Source of the DNA: Eledone cirrhosa
Lineage: Eukaryota
Length of the DNA: 64,000 nucleotides
Direction of reading: 5' to 3'
NCBI GenBank assembly: GCA_964016885.1
Contig: OZ024765.1
Coordinates: 5,270,001-5,334,000 of the forward strand
In this document: one piece after another, positions 41,365 through 55,176 of the stretch
How the letters are laid out: every line of letters begins with the position of its first letter
Numbering within the stretch: position 1 is the stretch's first letter
The notes under the pieces: model-generated
What the model was told of the DNA's origin: nothing
Seen by the model: only the letters and a program-made list of their open reading frames with translations
Databases searched by the model: none
Made by a program: the position numbers and the translations under genes

Positions 41365-42140
41365 TATGACTCATGCATTCCAGGACTGTACAAAGGGTGT
41401 TTTATTGCAAGTTAGAACTACAGAAAGAATCTTTGACCTAAGAAGGTTCAATTTCAAGTCCAAGTAGTTCCAAATATTAGAGAACTCCTGTATGCAGACG
41501 ATGTTAACTTCCTGGTTCACTCCCCAGATGACATGCACCACATCATGCTCCTTGTAATGCCTTTGGCATGACAATTAATCTAAAAAAGACTAAGACAACG
41601 TTCACCCCATCACCAGGGGAAGCATATATTGAGACATATAATGGTTAAACCACTGGGAGTGAAGGACCCCTAGCCTTTCTCAGGGCATTCCCCTAGGAGA
41701 AGGCAACTCAGGAAACTGGGATAACTTCGATATAAAACCTGCGGCTCAGTAGTTACCGATGATGTTGATCTTTTCTTCTTTTCGGGTTATAGCTATCGCT
41801 GAGAGAGTGGGATTGGCTCAGTGCACAGTCTTTCCCCACTTTAAAAAATATCTTCACGCACAGGCATTGCACGATAGAATTTATTAATTATTTGTTGACA
41901 CTTTTGTTTACCTGGGTAAGTGCATAATCAAGGGATGGTTCACTGGGTGCAGAAATATACCTCCGCATTCAGAAGGCCTCTGTAGCCTTCAGAAAAGTTT
42001 AAAAGAGAGTGTGGGTGGATCATGGTATCATATCAAGACCAACACTAGTGTGTACAAGGCCTGCATTCTGAGTGTTCTGTTGTACTCTTCGGAAATGGGG
42101 AGAGTACATCGTAGACAACTTTATTTGCTTGAACACTTTA
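41365..42140 (+). mobile_element. RTE LINE RT fragments interrupted by a family-F-like piece (~41645-41880)
   Basis: IFDLRRF, RELLYADD, FVYLG, RIQKASVAF, VYKACILSVLLYSSE. Confidence 0.7.
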
Positions 42141-43339
42141 ATTACACCACCATCTCTACCACTACTATCTCTACTACTACCACTACTACTACCTCTACCA
42201 CTACTACCTCTACTACTACCACTACTACTACCACCACTACTACCACCACCTCTACCACTACTACCTCTACTACTACCACTACTACCACCACCACCTCTAC
42301 CTCTACTACTACCACTACTACTACCACTACTACCTCTACTACTACCACCACCACCACCTCTACCACTACTACCACTTCTACCTCTACCACTACTACCACC
42401 ACCACCACCTCTACCACTACTACCTCTACTACTACCACTACTACTACCACCATCACCTCTACCACCACTACCACTACCACCACCACCTCTACCACCACCA
42501 CCGCTACCACTACTACCACCACCACCTCTACCACCACCACTACCACCACCTCTACCACCACCACAATACCACACCGCCACCACTTCTACCCCCCACACCA
42601 CCACCACCACCAGTAGCTACTTCCATGTTACAATCGGAATTAGTCACATTACATCAATAACTGAGGAAACCGGAAATGGGAAGATACAACTTCCGGTATT
42701 TACGTCAACTGATTAATATAGCTTTATTTTTATTACCGTCGTTGTTTAGCCCCAGGCCAGAATTGATCCACCACACCTATGATCCAGGGTGTTCCAGCCA
42801 TGACCATCCCATCTGTCATTCAAACACAGTTTGTCTAGGACTACATTATCTAATGTGTCCTTTCTTGTTTAGCCCCAGGCCAGGCCAGGCCTGATCCATG
42901 AGACCGACTATGACCATACAATACCACCTTGTGAATGGTGATGTTGATGATGATGGTGGTGATGATTATGATGTTGATGATGATTATGGTAATGATGTTG
43001 TTATTATTGGTGATGATGGTGATGATGATGTTATTGAAGATGGTGATGATGATGGAGATGGTGGAGGGGGGGGGGGTCAATTTATGTGTCACAACTTTAC
43101 TTCCTAAAAGAGTCATTTTTCTCCCTCCTACTAACTAACCAGCCAACCATCCATGGATAGTTGGCTGGCTGGCTGGATGGTTAAACGGTAGGTTGGTTGG
43201 CTGGATGGTTGGCTGGATGGTTGGTTGGTTGGTTGGATGATTGGATGGTTGGTTGGTTGGATGGTAGGTTGGTTAGTTAGTAGGAGGGAGAAAATGACTC
43301 TTTAGGAAGTAAAAATGTGACACATAAATTGGACCACTC

Positions 43340-43860
43340 CAACCAACCAGCCAACCAACCAACCAGCCATCCAGTCAACCAACCAGCCAGCCAAATAACC
43401 ATCCAGCCAATCAACCAACCATCCAGCCTACCAACCAACCAACCAGCCAGCCTACAACCATCCAGCGAACCAGCCAAGCAACCATCCAACCAACCAACCA
43501 GCTAACCATCCAACCATCCAGCCAACCAACCAGCCAGCCAAATAACCATCCAGCCAATCAACCAACCATCCAGCCAACCAGCCTACCAACCAACCAACCA
43601 GCCAGCCTACAACCATCCAGCGAACCAGCCAAGCAACCATCCAACCAACCAACCAGCTAACCATCCAACCATCCAGCCAACCAACCAGCCAGCCAAATAA
43701 CCATCCAGCCAATCAACCAACCATCCAGCCAACCAGCCTACCAACCAACCAACCAGCCAGCCTACAACCATCCAGCGAACCAGCCAAGCAACCATCCAAC
43801 CAACCAACCATCCAACCATCCAACCAACCAGCCAACCAACCATCCAACCATCCAGCCTTT
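43340..43860. repeat. (CCAA/CCAG/CCAT)n with ~131-bp higher-order triplication
   Basis: cctacaaccatccagcgaacc recurs at ~43451, 43606, 43761; aaataacc recurs at ~43393, 43540, 43695. Confidence 0.75.
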
Positions 43861-44019
43861 AGTTAGATTAAAATTGTTGTGGTCTGTGACATCATCATCA
43901 TTATCATCTATGTGGGTGTCAAAGTTAATGACAACTGCCTTTCTCCTCTCACCACCCTCCATACACACACATATACATACACATATACATACACACATAC
44001 ACATACACACATACACACA

Positions 44020-46090
44020 TACAACCATCTCCAAGCTGCTCACTTTGACTGGAATAAAGCAGACTGGAACTATTGCTGCACTGAGCTGCAACTCCCAAAC
44101 TGGCTTGAATTTTGCGACTCTGGAGATGTGAACACTTCACTTCAGAACATCCTGAACTCAATATGGACAGCATGTGCAGCATCAGTGCCATGTAAGCTGA
44201 AAAAACATCCCAAAAGTGCAATCTGGGAAACTGCAGCGGTCTGACATGACTACAAATAGCATAAGTCAGATATCAATAGAAAAAAAATCGAAGTAAATCT
44301 TCCAACCATCTCAAGTAGGTGACAAAAAAGGCAGTGCTTGAATTTGAACAGCACATAGCAACCAATCCTGACAGTAAGGTGTTCTGGAAATATGTACATT
44401 CAAAGCAGAGGACTCGCTCTCCAGTTGGTCCTCTTCACAATCCCCAACAAGCCAGATTACTGACGACCCAAAGAATACGCAGAACTCATTGCTGAGTGCT
44501 ATGCAAGTATTTTCACTGTTGAAAACCAAAATGTACCATCTCCACCATCTCTGACATCAAGTTCAATAGCAACTATGGAATTTACACCTGCAATGCTGCA
44601 ATGTCACCTTAAAAATAAACGCAACCATGCCTCTCCGGCTTCTCAAATGTGGTGGGTACTTCCTTCTCCACCAGCTATCACGTTTCTTCCAATTCTGTCT
44701 GAACAACAGTGCTACTCCAGAACAGTGGAAAACTGCCAGTGTCATTCCTCTGTTCAAAAAGGGTGACCGCACATCACCTGTGAACTATCGTCCAGTCAGT
44801 CTTACTAGCTGCATCGCCAAACTGATGGAATCCTGTGTCAGAGAAACACTTTGGAACTTCTGGAATTCTCACAGTCTCCTCTGGCCCTCGCAATTTGGAT
44901 TTATCCCTAACTCCATCTGCTGTGATCAACTTATAGAGTTTCTTGAGGACATTACCCGGATCACTGATGGCGGCTCATGGGTGGATGTTGTTTACCTTGA
45001 CTTTGCTAAAGCTTTTAATTCTGTGCCACACAAAAGACTTATGGCAAAACTCTCTGCAATGGGTGTGAGAGATGTTCTTTTTAACTGGTTGAAGTCCTTC
45101 ATTCTCAGTTGAAAAGGGGTAGTCACGGTTCTTGGAGACAGCATTCCTCACCGTATGAGATGCCGTCTGGTGTAACACAGGGATATGTTCTTGGTCCCCT
45201 TTTGTTTGTGGCATATATTAATGACATAGATGCTAACTTAAAGAATGCCACAGTACTGGAATATACAGATGACATCAGGCTGTACCTTGAGATAAAAAGG
45301 ACAGATACTGAACATTATAGATCTTGCCTGCAATCTGACCTGGACACAATGCAACAATGGATCATGGACTGACAACTCAAGCTGGCTGTGGACAAGTGTA
45401 CCACCCTGCATTTTGGAAGGAAAAACCCAGCGTCCACATACTCCCTCCGCAACACTAATCTCAAGAAGTCTTCTTGTGAATGTGACCTGGGCATTACGGT
45501 CAGCAGCGATTTGCATTGGATGAAGCACGTCTTTAAAATTGTCAAGAAGGCCGAGGGTGTCTTAGCATCACTCAGCAAGACCTTTGTCAGCCGCTCTCCA
45601 GATATCTATTTAAGGCTGTACATGACTATAGTGTGGCCTCACTTAGAATTTGCATCACCAGTCTGGAACCCCTATCTTGCTCAGAACATTGACCACCTGG
45701 AAATTGTTCAGAGACGTGCAACCAAGCGAATACCCTTCATCAGGCATCTACCATACTCTGAGCACCTTGCTTCCCTGGGCATGGATACATTGAAGCTCCG
45801 ACGTCTGGCAACTGACTCCGTAAACACCCACAAAATGATTAACCATCTTGCCAAAAACAACCCTGAACACCTTTTTGATTTCCATGTGTATAACACATGT
45901 GGGCATGCCTACAAAGTCAGAAAACTTTCGGAAACATTTTTTTCACGCTCAGAGTTGCTGAAGCATGGAACAAACTACCTGCATCAATTGTTAGCTGCCG
46001 AGACACTGCATCTTTTAAAACCTCCATGCTTCCTGAAATTCGCCAATGCTACACCTGATATCCCCCCTCCATACACATGCACACCATGAC
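44020..46090 (+). mobile_element. CR1/L2-type LINE ORF2 remnant
   Basis: WKTASVIPLFKKG, NYRPVSLTS, QFGF, YLDFAKAFNSVPH, SGVTQGYVLGPLLF, YTDD, WPHLEFASPVWNP; multiple frameshifts and stops. Confidence 0.9.
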
Positions 46091-46140
46091 TCATACACTG
46101 TTCACTTTCCTGATATTTGCACATTATTCTATGTACTAAA

Positions 46141-46331
46141 GGGCAGTGAATTGGCAGTATCGGTAGAGAGTCGGACACCATGCTTTCCAGCATAGTTACG
46201 TCCCTTTACTGTCTGAGTTCAAATCTCGTCGAGGTTAACTTTGCCTTTCATCCTTACGGGGTCGATAAAATAAAGTACCAGTAATGTACTGGGATAATTG
46301 CTGGCCTTGTGCCAAAAGTTGAAACAATTAT
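46141..46331 (+). mobile_element. Full-length tRNA-SINE inserted in the LINE 3' UTR
   Basis: Same body as 23872-24051; flanked by imperfect TSD-like attattcyatgtacta. Confidence 0.8.
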
Positions 46332-48137
46332 TCCATGTACTATACATGCACCTTTAATGAGTTGTAGTGCACCTGAGCACTGTACACAATAATTTTCATT
46401 ATTATCATCATTATTATTATTATCATACAGACAAATACATGCATACACACACACATACACTGCAACCACCACCATCACCAACAACACCACCACCAACAAC
46501 AACACCACCACCACCACCAATAACAACAACACCTCTCCAGAAGTTTTGAATCTAATACCTGTATGTATAACTTTTCAATTGTAATTACTTGCACCAAGCT
46601 AACTCTGATATGTAAAACTGGGGGTTTGCTGTGTATGAGGGAGTCCCCCACCCCAAACCTGAAGTACTCCGGGATCCCCAAAGTCTAAATGCAACTGTGC
46701 AGGTTATTGGCCCTTTAAAACCTGACAAAACCCACTTCTCTCCAGGTCTTAACACAAATAATTTCTCCCATTTCTCCAAGAGAAAGTATCCCACATCTGA
46801 CAAAACAAATAGAAAGCAGGCCACAACATTGTAAATGGGGCATCATATGTTAAAAATAGGGTTTCTGATGAAGGGTCAAGGCCGACAATTTTTGAGGGAG
46901 GGGAAAGTCAATTAAATAGACCCCAGTGTATTACTGCTACTTTATTTTATCGACCTTGTAAGGATGAAAGGCAAATCTAACCTTGGCAGGATTTGAACTC
47001 TGAACGTAAAGGGCCGTAACTCAATGCAGCAAAGAATGTTGTCTGATGCTCTATAAATATTGCCAATCTGCCTTAGTGATTTTGTTGGTGGTGGTGGTGG
47101 TGATGTTGGTGGTGATGATGTTGTTGTTGGTGGTGTTGGTGATGTTATTGTTGTTGGTGGTGTTGGTGATGTTATTGTTGTTGGTGGTGATGGTGATGGT
47201 GGTGTTGATGGTGGTAATGACAACAAAGTTGTTAAAATGATATTTAGAACAAGCTATCCCTTGTGTTGTTATTGTGCTGGTATTTATGAATCGGCAACAT
47301 ATGAACGACACCAGATATCCTGCTTCAAATTAGTTCCCTTAATTCTTCTTTTGATGAAGGCATTTTTCTGCCGAAATATTTAAGGACTATTAAACAACGC
47401 CAAGGTAACATTCCAGCATCTTTATTTTCATTATATTTTTAATATCCAATGTCCCTTTTACATTGCTGCAGTTTCCTAATAGAACAACACTATTCTCTAG
47501 ACTTTCCTTGATACTTCAAGCCAACTATAATGTGTTATTGATATCGTAATTGTCATTGGTTTTGTTATCATCATTACCATTTGCTGAAGGGATTTTCTGC
47601 TGAAATATTTAAGGACAAACAACCTCCTGGTAACCCAACACAATGCTTCAAGCAAACTACAACATATTCTTTAACAAATAAGAAAGAAACAACAAACAAA
47701 TCAAATAGTGATCAAGGCACTTGTGTTATTATTATCAATATTATTATTATTATTATTAGTAGTAGTAGTAGTAGTAGTATTGTTTACTTTTTTGTTTTTT
47801 TATATTTTTCATCTTCTTTGAAGTTGAAAAACTTTCTGTAGACAATAAATAATGGGGAAAAAAAATAAAATAAAAAAAATCAATGTCAATGATAAATTAA
47901 TTGTTGTTGTTGTTGGCTTTCAAACTGTTTTCTTTGGGTACAATAACAGCAACAACAACGAAAGAAACCCCCCAACCCCCATCACACATTTTCCTCCTTC
48001 CCCATCCTTCCATTTTTCACACAGTATCTCCTTCTTCTCCTCCTCTTCTTTTGTAACATCAAATTTCTCCTCCAATTTGTTTGGGGAAGAGGGGGGGGGG
48101 GGGCTTTGCTGTTTTTATAATGGTTTCTAACTGATGC

Positions 48138-48305
48138 AGACAGTACTACATGGACTGGGGGGAGGGACCCTGACCAGACAGTACTACATGTGACTGGGGG
48201 GGGGGGGGGCCTGACCAGACAGTACTACATGTGACTGTGGGGGGACCTGACCAGACAGTACTACATGCGACTATGGGGACTCCGACCAGACAGTACTACA
48301 TGTTG
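48138..48305. repeat. ~36-41-bp tandem repeat (cagacagtactacatg + G-run), 5 copies
   Basis: Direct reading. Confidence 0.8.
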
Positions 48306-50571
48306 TTCAGGATTGCCCCCCCCCCCCCCTCTCAGGTGTTTTCCTGGTAACCTGGAGGCAATTCATAATACTACGAATGATGTCGTAGTCAGGCTCACCA
48401 ATCTTGATCAGTCTCTCTAACCAATGTCCACTGCGGTGGCCAGCACATGGGCCCCAATTTGCTTATGATAGCCAGAGATGGGGAGATCAAGACGAGGGGA
48501 GAGGGGGGGGGGTGAATAGGAAATATCAAATGTTATTCTATTAGATTTTTAGAAAGTTGTTATTTGGCTTTTTCTTTACTTCCACCACTACCACGACAAC
48601 CACTACCACCACCATGACAACCACTACCACCACCACGACAACCACTACCACCACCATGACAACCACTACCACCACCATGACAACCACTACCACCACCACT
48701 GTGGTATCTCAGTCTCACAAGCCATTTCCAGCATGAGGCCAATTATATTACTAAATACCTTCAAATTCTTAATTATTTTCGAAATTCCTTGAAAATCATA
48801 AACAGTGCCTTTCAGAAATATGGTAATGAAAGGGCTGACCCTTAGCAAACCCTGTGAAACTGTTCTATGAAGAAGAAGAATTGATGCATGAGGCCAGCAT
48901 GTTTTTTTTCTTTCTTTTCTTTTGAAGGGTAGATGGAGGTAGGTGGGAGGAAGAAAAGTTTATCAAATCAACCCCAGAACTTGACTGGTACTTTATTTTA
49001 TCAACCATAGTCGGTTGAAAGGTCAAGTTTGAAGTCGGAAGGGAAAGTGTCAGAAGAAATATTGTCAGGCATTTTGTTTGATGCTCCAACGATTCTGCCA
49101 ATTCCACCACCACCACCACCACCCTAATAATGTAATGAAAGCCCAGCATTTTTAATAGTTTGTTTGTTTGTTTGTTTGTGTGGAAGGGGGGGGGGCTTTA
49201 TTATATTAATCCCCACTCTCTGGATAGACTACATGAAAATAGACCCCTCGCCCCACATCCACACATATATATATATATACAAAGAGAATATATAACAGAG
49301 GAAGCGAAGGAGGTGATAGAGGAAGCGAAGGAGGAGGAGGAGGAGAATGTAGTAGCAGGAGGAGACTGCCACTGCCTCTCATGATATCTGGAAAATACCA
49401 CATTAAAATATTTTATGCTGCCGAGGTATCAGTCAGTAACAGTTATAACACAGATATTATGTTTGCGACAACCCCCTATCTTCTGATAGTTGGGTGGTGG
49501 TGGAATGAGAAGTTGTGGTGTTCATGCTTACTCCAAGGATGTTAGCAATGTAAGTGGGTGGGGGAGCAATTTTGTTTATCAATGAGGCATTAGACACCCC
49601 CCTTCCCTCCCCCTCTTCATCTGATGTGTCACAAGCCTCGATATGCTAAAAGTTTCCTTAGATCTGCTCTAAACAACCAGACAGAGACAGAGACAGAGAG
49701 AGAGACCCTTATGATCAAAAGCAATCCAATCGTGACTACCTCATTTTTTTTTGGGGGGGGGGGGGCACATGTTCAGGGCTTCATTAGAGAATGTGTTCGT
49801 CGTTTATTTGACACTTGTAGGGTGTGGTAGTGATTTGAGGGAGATTTGGCTGCTGTTTCTGTATGACCACATATAGGCTACCACATGGGACCCAGAGTTA
49901 TATTACTGGAGTACCACAGTGTTCGCTTACAAGTTCACCCTCACACACAGATATAGCTGTACATATCAATAAATATATATACACACACACATGTACATAC
50001 AACCTCACACATTCACAATTGTACATGTACATATATATATATATTTATATATATATATATTTATATATATATATTTATATATATATATATTTATATATAT
50101 ATTTTTATATATATATTTATATATATATATATTTATATATATATATTTATATATATATTTATATATATATATATATATATTTTTATATATATATTTTTAT
50201 ATATATATTTTTATATATATATTTTTATATATATATTTATATATATATATTTATATATATATTTATATATATATATTTATATATATATATATTTATATAT
50301 ATATTTATATATATATATTTTTATATATATTTTTATATATATTTTTATATATATATTTATATATATATATTTATATATATTATATATATATTTTTACATA
50401 TATATATTTATATATATATATTTATATATTTATTTTTATATATATATATTTATATATATATATTTATATATATATATTATATATATATTTTTATATATAT
50501 ATATTTATATATATATATTTATATATTTATTTTTATATATATATATTTATATATATATATTTATATATTTA

Positions 50572-50638
<67 letters not shown>

Positions 50639-50694
50639 GTATGTCCTCACACACAAAACACTATTAATCATATTTTTAAAAAAACAGACATATT

Positions 50695-50765
<71 letters not shown>

Positions 50766-50772
<7 letters not shown>

Positions 50773-50981
50773 TGTTTTAAAAAAGATTTGGCAACATTTG
50801 AGATGTAAATATGCCAGGAATGAGGAATATATATATTGGGAATTAGTGTTATAATGTTGACAGACTTTGAGGGATCTTCTGTTGCTCAACATTAAACCTG
50901 CTCAATCTGGTTGTCAGAGACTTTGTAGTTCCTGGGATATTTACATCTCAAATGATACCTAATGTCTTGGGACACCCTGTG
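50766..50981. mobile_element. Tc1/mariner-type MITE
   Basis: Inverted catttgagatgtaaatat / atatttacatctcaaatg; right end ggacaccctgtg. Confidence 0.55.
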
Positions 50982-50987
50982 TGTGTG

Positions 50988-51038
<51 letters not shown>

Positions 51039-51138
51039 ATCGACTCTGTAATACAAACACATACAAATATTCATTTAATTTTACCAACTTCAATATTATA
51101 AATAAATAAATAAATATATACATACATACATACATACA

Positions 51139-51213
<75 letters not shown>

Positions 51214-53454
51214 CCTCTGTTATGGCAGAAGTCTTTAAGATTCACAGTAACAAGAGACAAAAAATAAAATATATGTAGAAGTCTTTAATTATGTTTCATT
51301 CTTAATTAGTTGGTAGGTGTTAATTGTTTTTGTTGAGGGACAGAAGCAGTGCTGCTTAGAATCACTTTTTTTTAATATCAAAGTCATGAGCTTGGCTGGT
51401 CTTTCTTGAGAATCCAGCGGGATCCATTGGAGACGGTTGCTTCTGGCAGGACCCACTGGAAGGAGTGTTTGAGGACTCTGCCCCCACAACTCTCCCAGGA
51501 ACAAGTGGGTAATATCAAATCACTTGGTTTGTCAAGGGTTAACCTTAAATTTCTGATAATATGAAATCACTTGGCTTTTTAATCAATCGGTTTGGGTTAA
51601 CATTTACCCTCTTGTTCTCAAAGCATTAACTTTGTTTAGTTCCTACAGTTACATGCTTTATCCTCTGGTCATAATTGTTTCTACTTTTGGCACAAGGCCA
51701 GCGATTATCTCAGTGTATTACTGGTATTTTATTTTATTGACCCCTTAAGGATGAAAAGCAAAGTTAACCTCGGCGGGATTTGAACGCAGTAATCCTCTGG
51801 TAATAATATCCAGTCATTTGGTTTGGTCTGGCAGGGGGTTAAAACTTTCCTTGGAGGTAATATTAAACCATTAAGCTTCCTAGATGTTAACCCTTGTCCT
51901 GCAGTAATGTTATGTCACTTTTTTTTTTAAATTAATTTCACAGCATCAAGAAATGGAACACATTTAAAAAAATATTACTTTCTATATTTTGTTTACCCAA
52001 GATATTGCTTAACAAGGTTGTTGACCCAAGATATTGCTTGACAATGTCAGTTATATATTTATTTCATCTTCATGATGTTTTTGTGGAACAGAAAATATCT
52101 AAAAAGAAACTTGTCAATCTAATTTTTATTAGAGGACAGATTGTTGTCAAAATTTGAGTAAAGGCTGTAATATTTAATTTGATGCAGTCATAATTTTGTA
52201 CTTTTCAAGAATGTCTTGTTAATGTGGTTCCATGTGGTTTGATAATTCAAATGTTTATAGTATCTTTACTGGTGGAAAGATTGTTGTGAAAATTTGCAGT
52301 ATTAAAATAAAGACTTTAATATTTAATGTGATGCAATCATAATGTTGTTTTGTACTTTTCAAGAATGTCTTGTTAATACAGTTTCTTGTGGTACAGGATG
52401 TTAAGTTTTAACAGAGTGTGTTTTAAAAACAATTATGCCATAATAATCATGAGATGCAGCTTCTAAGCACCAACCAACTAGCTTGAGCATTCAGATCCAT
52501 CTGGCAGAAGTGGGGTGGGAGTAGTTGTTTTGCTTTGTAAGGCACAGGAAAGAAAAGGGAATGCCTGATCTGTTGTCCGAGCTATGGGTAGTGGTCAGGG
52601 TGTGACAAAGAAGCATTTTTTTCTCCTTCTCTTAATTGAATTCTCTGAAGGATGGATGACCTTCAGTAGTTGAGTGTGTATGTGGTGGGGGGTCTTTTTA
52701 TCATTTATAATGGTAAACCTCCTTCCAAGAGACTCTTTTTGACACAATGTTTGTTTATACTTTGGTAGTGGTACACTGTCAATAAAAACACATGTAGCAA
52801 CTGAGCTTCACTTTAATTTTATTATTAGTTAGTTAACTAATTCATTTGTTTGTTAGTTTAGTAACCAGGTGGTTATTTAATTGTCAAAGGCCTTTCGTCA
52901 CATCATCTGTAACCTTCTCAGTGATTATTTCGGCTCTTCTGTGTCTCCTCTTCAAAAAGCAGAAGGCAACCTACATAGGATATTTTAGCAGAGTCAGTGT
53001 CCTTAGCAAAATATCCAGTGACAATATTACATGGGCAGTGATCATAGGTTCAATTGTCATTAGTGATTCCTGATTGATAAATAATTATTTCATGTAGAAA
53101 GGTGGGGCTTGTTTTTTTTTTTTATAAGAGAGAGTGAGATTTTGTTTTTGGGATTTATGTAGCCCCCAATAGACAATGTAGCAATTACTTAATATTTTGT
53201 CGCTGCTACAGATAATGTCGTAGCCCCTCAAGGTTTTATGGGTCCCTGTACACAATGGGAAAACTCATCGAGGTTGTATAGCCCCGGGAGGCAATATGTT
53301 GACTCGAGAGACACAGGAAACTCCTAGAGGCAATGTGTGGTCATTATAGACAACAGAAAAGTCCTCAAAGTTCTATGGCTCTCAGAAACACAGTGTGGTT
53401 GCTATAGTCAATATGGGACTCCTCAAGGCAGTATGACTACTAGAGGAAATCTGT

Positions 53455-53830
53455 GGCCTGTTACAGACACAGTGGGAACTCTTCAAGCCTGTGTGGTGGC
53501 TACAGACATTGTGTGGGAACTCTTCAAGCCTGTGTGGTGGCTACAGACATTGTGTGGGATCTCTTCAAATCTGTGTGGTGGCTACAGACACAGTGGGAAC
53601 TCTTCAAGCCTGTGTGGTGGCTACAGACATTGTGTGGGAACTCTTCAAGCCTGTGTGGTGGCTACAGACATTGTGTGGGAACTCTTCAAGCCTGTGTGGT
53701 GGCTACAGACATTGTGTGGGAACTCTTCAAGCCTGTGTGGTGGCTACAGACATTGTGTGGGAACTCTTCAAGCCTGTGTGGTGGCTATAGACATTGTGTG
53801 GGAACTCTTCAAATCTGTGTGGCCTCAAGA
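53455..53830. repeat. 41-bp minisatellite (~9 units), most units containing TGTGGT
   Basis: Unit gggaactcttcaagcctgtgtggtggctacagacattgtgt. Confidence 0.9.
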
Positions 53831-54082
53831 GAGAATGTGAAAACTTTTCATGGCTGTGTGGCCTCAAGAGACAATGTGTGGTCACTGCAGATAGTGTGGA
53901 AACTTGTGTGGCCATGAGAAGCAATGTGGGGGTCACTGTAGACATTGTGAAATTTCTCAAGGCTGTACATCCACTACAGACACTGTAGAACGAGTAGAGA
54001 CACTATATGTCTGCTAGAGGCAATATAGAAGTCCTTGTTGTTGTATGACCTCTACAGGCACTGTCTGGACACTGTAATCGCT

Positions 54083-54375
54083 GTAGACCAATGTATAGTC
54101 GTTATAGACCAATGTATAGTCGTTATAGACCAATGTATAGTCATTATAGACCAATGTATAGTCGTTATAGGCCAATGTATAGTCGTTATAGGCCAATGTA
54201 TAGTCGTTATAGGCCAATGTATAGTCGCTATAGACCAATGTATAGTCGCTATAGACCAATGTATAGTCGCTATAGGCCAATGTATAGTCGCTATAGGCCA
54301 ATGTATAGTCGCTATAGGTCAATGTATAGTCGCTATAGGCCAAGGTATAGTCGCTATAGGCCAATGTATAGTCGC
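54083..54375. repeat. 21-bp minisatellite (~14 units)
   Basis: Unit grccaatgtatagtcgytata. Confidence 0.9.
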
Positions 54376-55176
54376 CAGAGGCCTCTATTGGCAATAGTGT
54401 CTTTCTCCATTTTATCTGTCTCTCTATCTCTTTCCCTGTCTCTCTCTTTTTCTTTGTGTGCATATATATATATATATATATACATTTATATGTACACAAA
54501 CACGTTTATATATATATATATATATTATATACATGTATGTATACATATATATATATTTATATATATACATTTTTTTTTTAAATATTATACACATATATAT
54601 ATGTACACACACATATATATATGTACACACACATATATATATGTACACACACATATATATATGTACACACACATATATATATGTACACACACACATATAT
54701 ATATGTACACACACATATATATATGTACACACACACATATATATATGTACACACACATATATATATGTACACACACATATATATATGTACACACACACAT
54801 ATATATATGTACACACACATATATATATATATGTACACACACATATATATATATGTACACACACATATATATATGTACACACACACATATATATATGTAC
54901 ACACACATATATATATATATGTACACACACACATATATATATGTACACACACATATATATATATATGTACACACACATATATATATATGTACACACACAT
55001 ATATATATGTACACACACACATATATATATGTACACACACATATATATATATATGTACACACACACATATATATATGTACACACACAATATATATATGTA
55101 CACACACATATATATACATTTTTTAAGGCCACTTTAATGGAAATTTCTAGAATTGTAAGAATGATGTCAATATGGT

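Noticed and set aside
51340-51510. GC-richer segment resembling a coding exon
   Set aside because: No recognisable protein similarity or convincing splice-site pair.
53455-53830. CRISPR-like appearance of the 30-50-bp arrays
   Set aside because: Head-to-tail units without unique spacers, no cas genes, eukaryotic context.
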